A DNA stretch of 24,275 nt from positions 1-24,275 of the forward strand of contig CAYUBP010000002.1 of the NCBI GenBank assembly GCA_964443115.1, in the 5' to 3' direction. The notes under the pieces were generated by a model, which ran no database searches, was not told the DNA's origin, and worked only from the letters and a program-made list of their open reading frames with translations. The number at the start of each line of letters is the position of its first letter. The stretch's first letter is position 1. This document shows, piece by piece, positions 22,964-24,275 of the stretch. Position numbers and translations under genes: made by a program. Origin of the DNA: an uncultured Dehalococcoidales bacterium (GTDB lineage: Bacteria > Chloroflexota > Dehalococcoidia > Dehalococcoidales > W111).

Positions 22964-24151
22964 ATGCCTGGCGTAAAGGATAAAGTAGCTATAATCGGCA
23001 TGGGGTGCACCAGGTTTGACGAGCACTGGGACAAGGACATAAAAGACCTCATCATTGATGCTTGCTGGGAGGCTTTTGATGATGCCGGGGTTGACCCCAA
23101 GGACATCCAGGCTGCTTGGTGGTCCACCATGTGGAACGGTGAGCTGGGGAGGTCTCTCGCATACCCGTTGAAGCTCGGTTTCATACCGATTACCCGCATA
23201 GAAAACAGGTGCGCCAGCGGTCAGGATGCTATCCGCAACGCCGCCTTTGCGGTGGCATGCGGCGCTTATGACCTGGTGCTGGTCTGCGGGGGAGAAAAGC
23301 TCAAGGACATCGGCATGCCCTCCCCCGGGGGAGACCCTTCAACACCCTACACCAGCCGTGTTGAGCCTACCTCTTTCCCTGTAGCCATGTTCGCCCAGCT
23401 CGCGCAGAGGTACTTCCATCACTACGGCATCCCGATTGACAAGGGCAAGGAGATTCTAGGCCGCATCGCCGTAAAGAACCACCATAACGGCGCCCTTAAC
23501 CCCAAAGCCCAGTTCCAGCGTGAGATAACCCTAGAACAGGCAATGAACGCCCCCATCGTTTCCTACCCGCTGGGGCTGTTTGATGCCTGCGGCGTCACCG
23601 ATGGCGCCGCCGCGATGATACTCTGCCGCGCCGATATTGCCGGGAACTTCCGCGACGACTACATCCTGATGAAGGCGGAAGGCATGGCATGCGGGCACTA
23701 CCAGCCCCAGACCGAGGACAACTGGGACCCGTATTACATACAGGAGAACGTAACCGGCTCCAGTATGGCTTATAAAGAAGCCGGCATCACCAACCCGCGG
23801 AAGGAGCTTGACCTCGCCATCGTCCATGATTGCTTCACCATCACCGAGCTGGCGATATACGAAGACCTCGGCTTCAGCGAGCGGGGGAAGGGCCCGGAGG
23901 ACGTGGCAGCGGACACCTTCGCCCTTGACGGCGAGCTGCCGGTCAACACCGACGGCGGTCTGAAGTGCTTCGGGCACCCGATTGGCGCCAGCGGCATCAG
24001 GATGGTCTATGAAGTGTACAAGCAGCTCCAGGGTAAAGCCGGACCGCGGCAGGTCAAGATAAAGAACGGGCTCGGTCTGGCTCATACCTACGGCGGAACC
24101 CCCATAGATAGTGGGACGGGTGCATTTACTATATACGGCACCCGTGACTAG
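22964..24151 (+). CDS. SCP2-type thiolase / acetyl-CoA acetyltransferase
   Basis: ENRCASG (nucleophilic Cys), KNH.NG, DGAAA, HDCF and GHPIGASG motifs. Lacks the terminal CxG of classical thiolases. Confidence 0.9.
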   Translation: MPGVKDKVAIIGMGCTRFDEHWDKDIKDLIIDACWEAFDDAGVDPKDIQAAWWSTMWNGELGRSLAYPLKLGFIPITRIENRCASGQDAIRNAAFAVACGAYDLVLVCGGEKLKDIGMPSPGGDPSTPYTSRVEPTSFPVAMFAQLAQRYFHHYGIPIDKGKEILGRIAVKNHHNGALNPKAQFQREITLEQAMNAPIVSYPLGLFDACGVTDGAAAMILCRADIAGNFRDDYILMKAEGMACGHYQPQTEDNWDPYYIQENVTGSSMAYKEAGITNPRKELDLAIVHDCFTITELAIYEDLGFSERGKGPEDVAADTFALDGELPVNTDGGLKCFGHPIGASGIRMVYEVYKQLQGKAGPRQVKIKNGLGLAHTYGGTPIDSGTGAFTIYGTRD

Positions 24152-24227
24152 CGGCACTTAACCAGGAAGTCGGGCTGCTACTGGCAATTACTCTAAGGGG
24201 CACCCTTAAGACCTGAGGACACCCATT

Positions 24228-24275
24228 AGATCGGAAGAGCGTCGTGTAGGGAAAGAGTGTAGGATAGGGTGTGGG
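24228..24275 (+). other. Illumina TruSeq adapter read-through (assembly artefact)
   Basis: AGATCGGAAGAGCGTCGTGTAGGGAAAGAGTGT (24228-24260), then AGGATAGG (reverse complement of i5 index D503 CCTATCCT), then GTGT and G's. Confidence 0.97.

Noticed and set aside
14553-24151. Selenocysteine recoding in the Mo cluster
   Set aside because: No interrupted reading frames. The TGA stops at 18488 and 18964 are ordinary ATGA stop/start overlaps.
2072-24157. Numerous antisense or alternate-frame ORFs in the track (e.g. 4168-4608, 11014-11712, 16954-17556, 17114-17755, 23531-24157)
   Set aside because: They are shadow ORFs of well-supported genes in GC-rich DNA and lack motifs and SD sequences.
1-24275. 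CRISPR array, integrase, transposase or prophage genes
   Set aside because: No regularly spaced repeat-spacer units and no recombinase, transposase or phage structural motifs were seen.

Overview
A ~24.3 kb bacterial contig segment, mostly GC-rich, most likely from a Dehalococcoidia-like Chloroflexota. This taxonomy is inferred from the ArgC N-terminus GIINVTGYAG and the Re-citrate synthase-type LeuA homolog. The left half holds housekeeping genes: rnc, a missed 48-aa ORF, acyP, a DUF362-like gene, moeA, mobA, pepA, a P-loop kinase, a Re-citrate synthase-like gene, a divergent plsY, argC, an MFS transporter, a VTT/DedA protein, tRNA-Glu(UUC) and an alpha/beta hydrolase. They are interrupted by an AT-rich ~1 kb islet encoding a Panacea (DUF4065) antitoxin and an uncharacterised downstream partner. 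The right half is a same-strand cluster: mocA-like, yqeB, xdhC, a Cys-rich microprotein, coxG, the M/S/L subunits of a xanthine-oxidase-family molybdenum hydroxylase (HcrA-like large subunit, not CO dehydrogenase), a C2H2-like microprotein, a catalytically dead HMGS/KAS-III-DUF35 fusion and an SCP2-type thiolase. Two families of short palindromic repeats occur in intergenic space. The last 48 bp are Illumina TruSeq adapter contamination. All calls are from motif reading by eye; no database searches were run.
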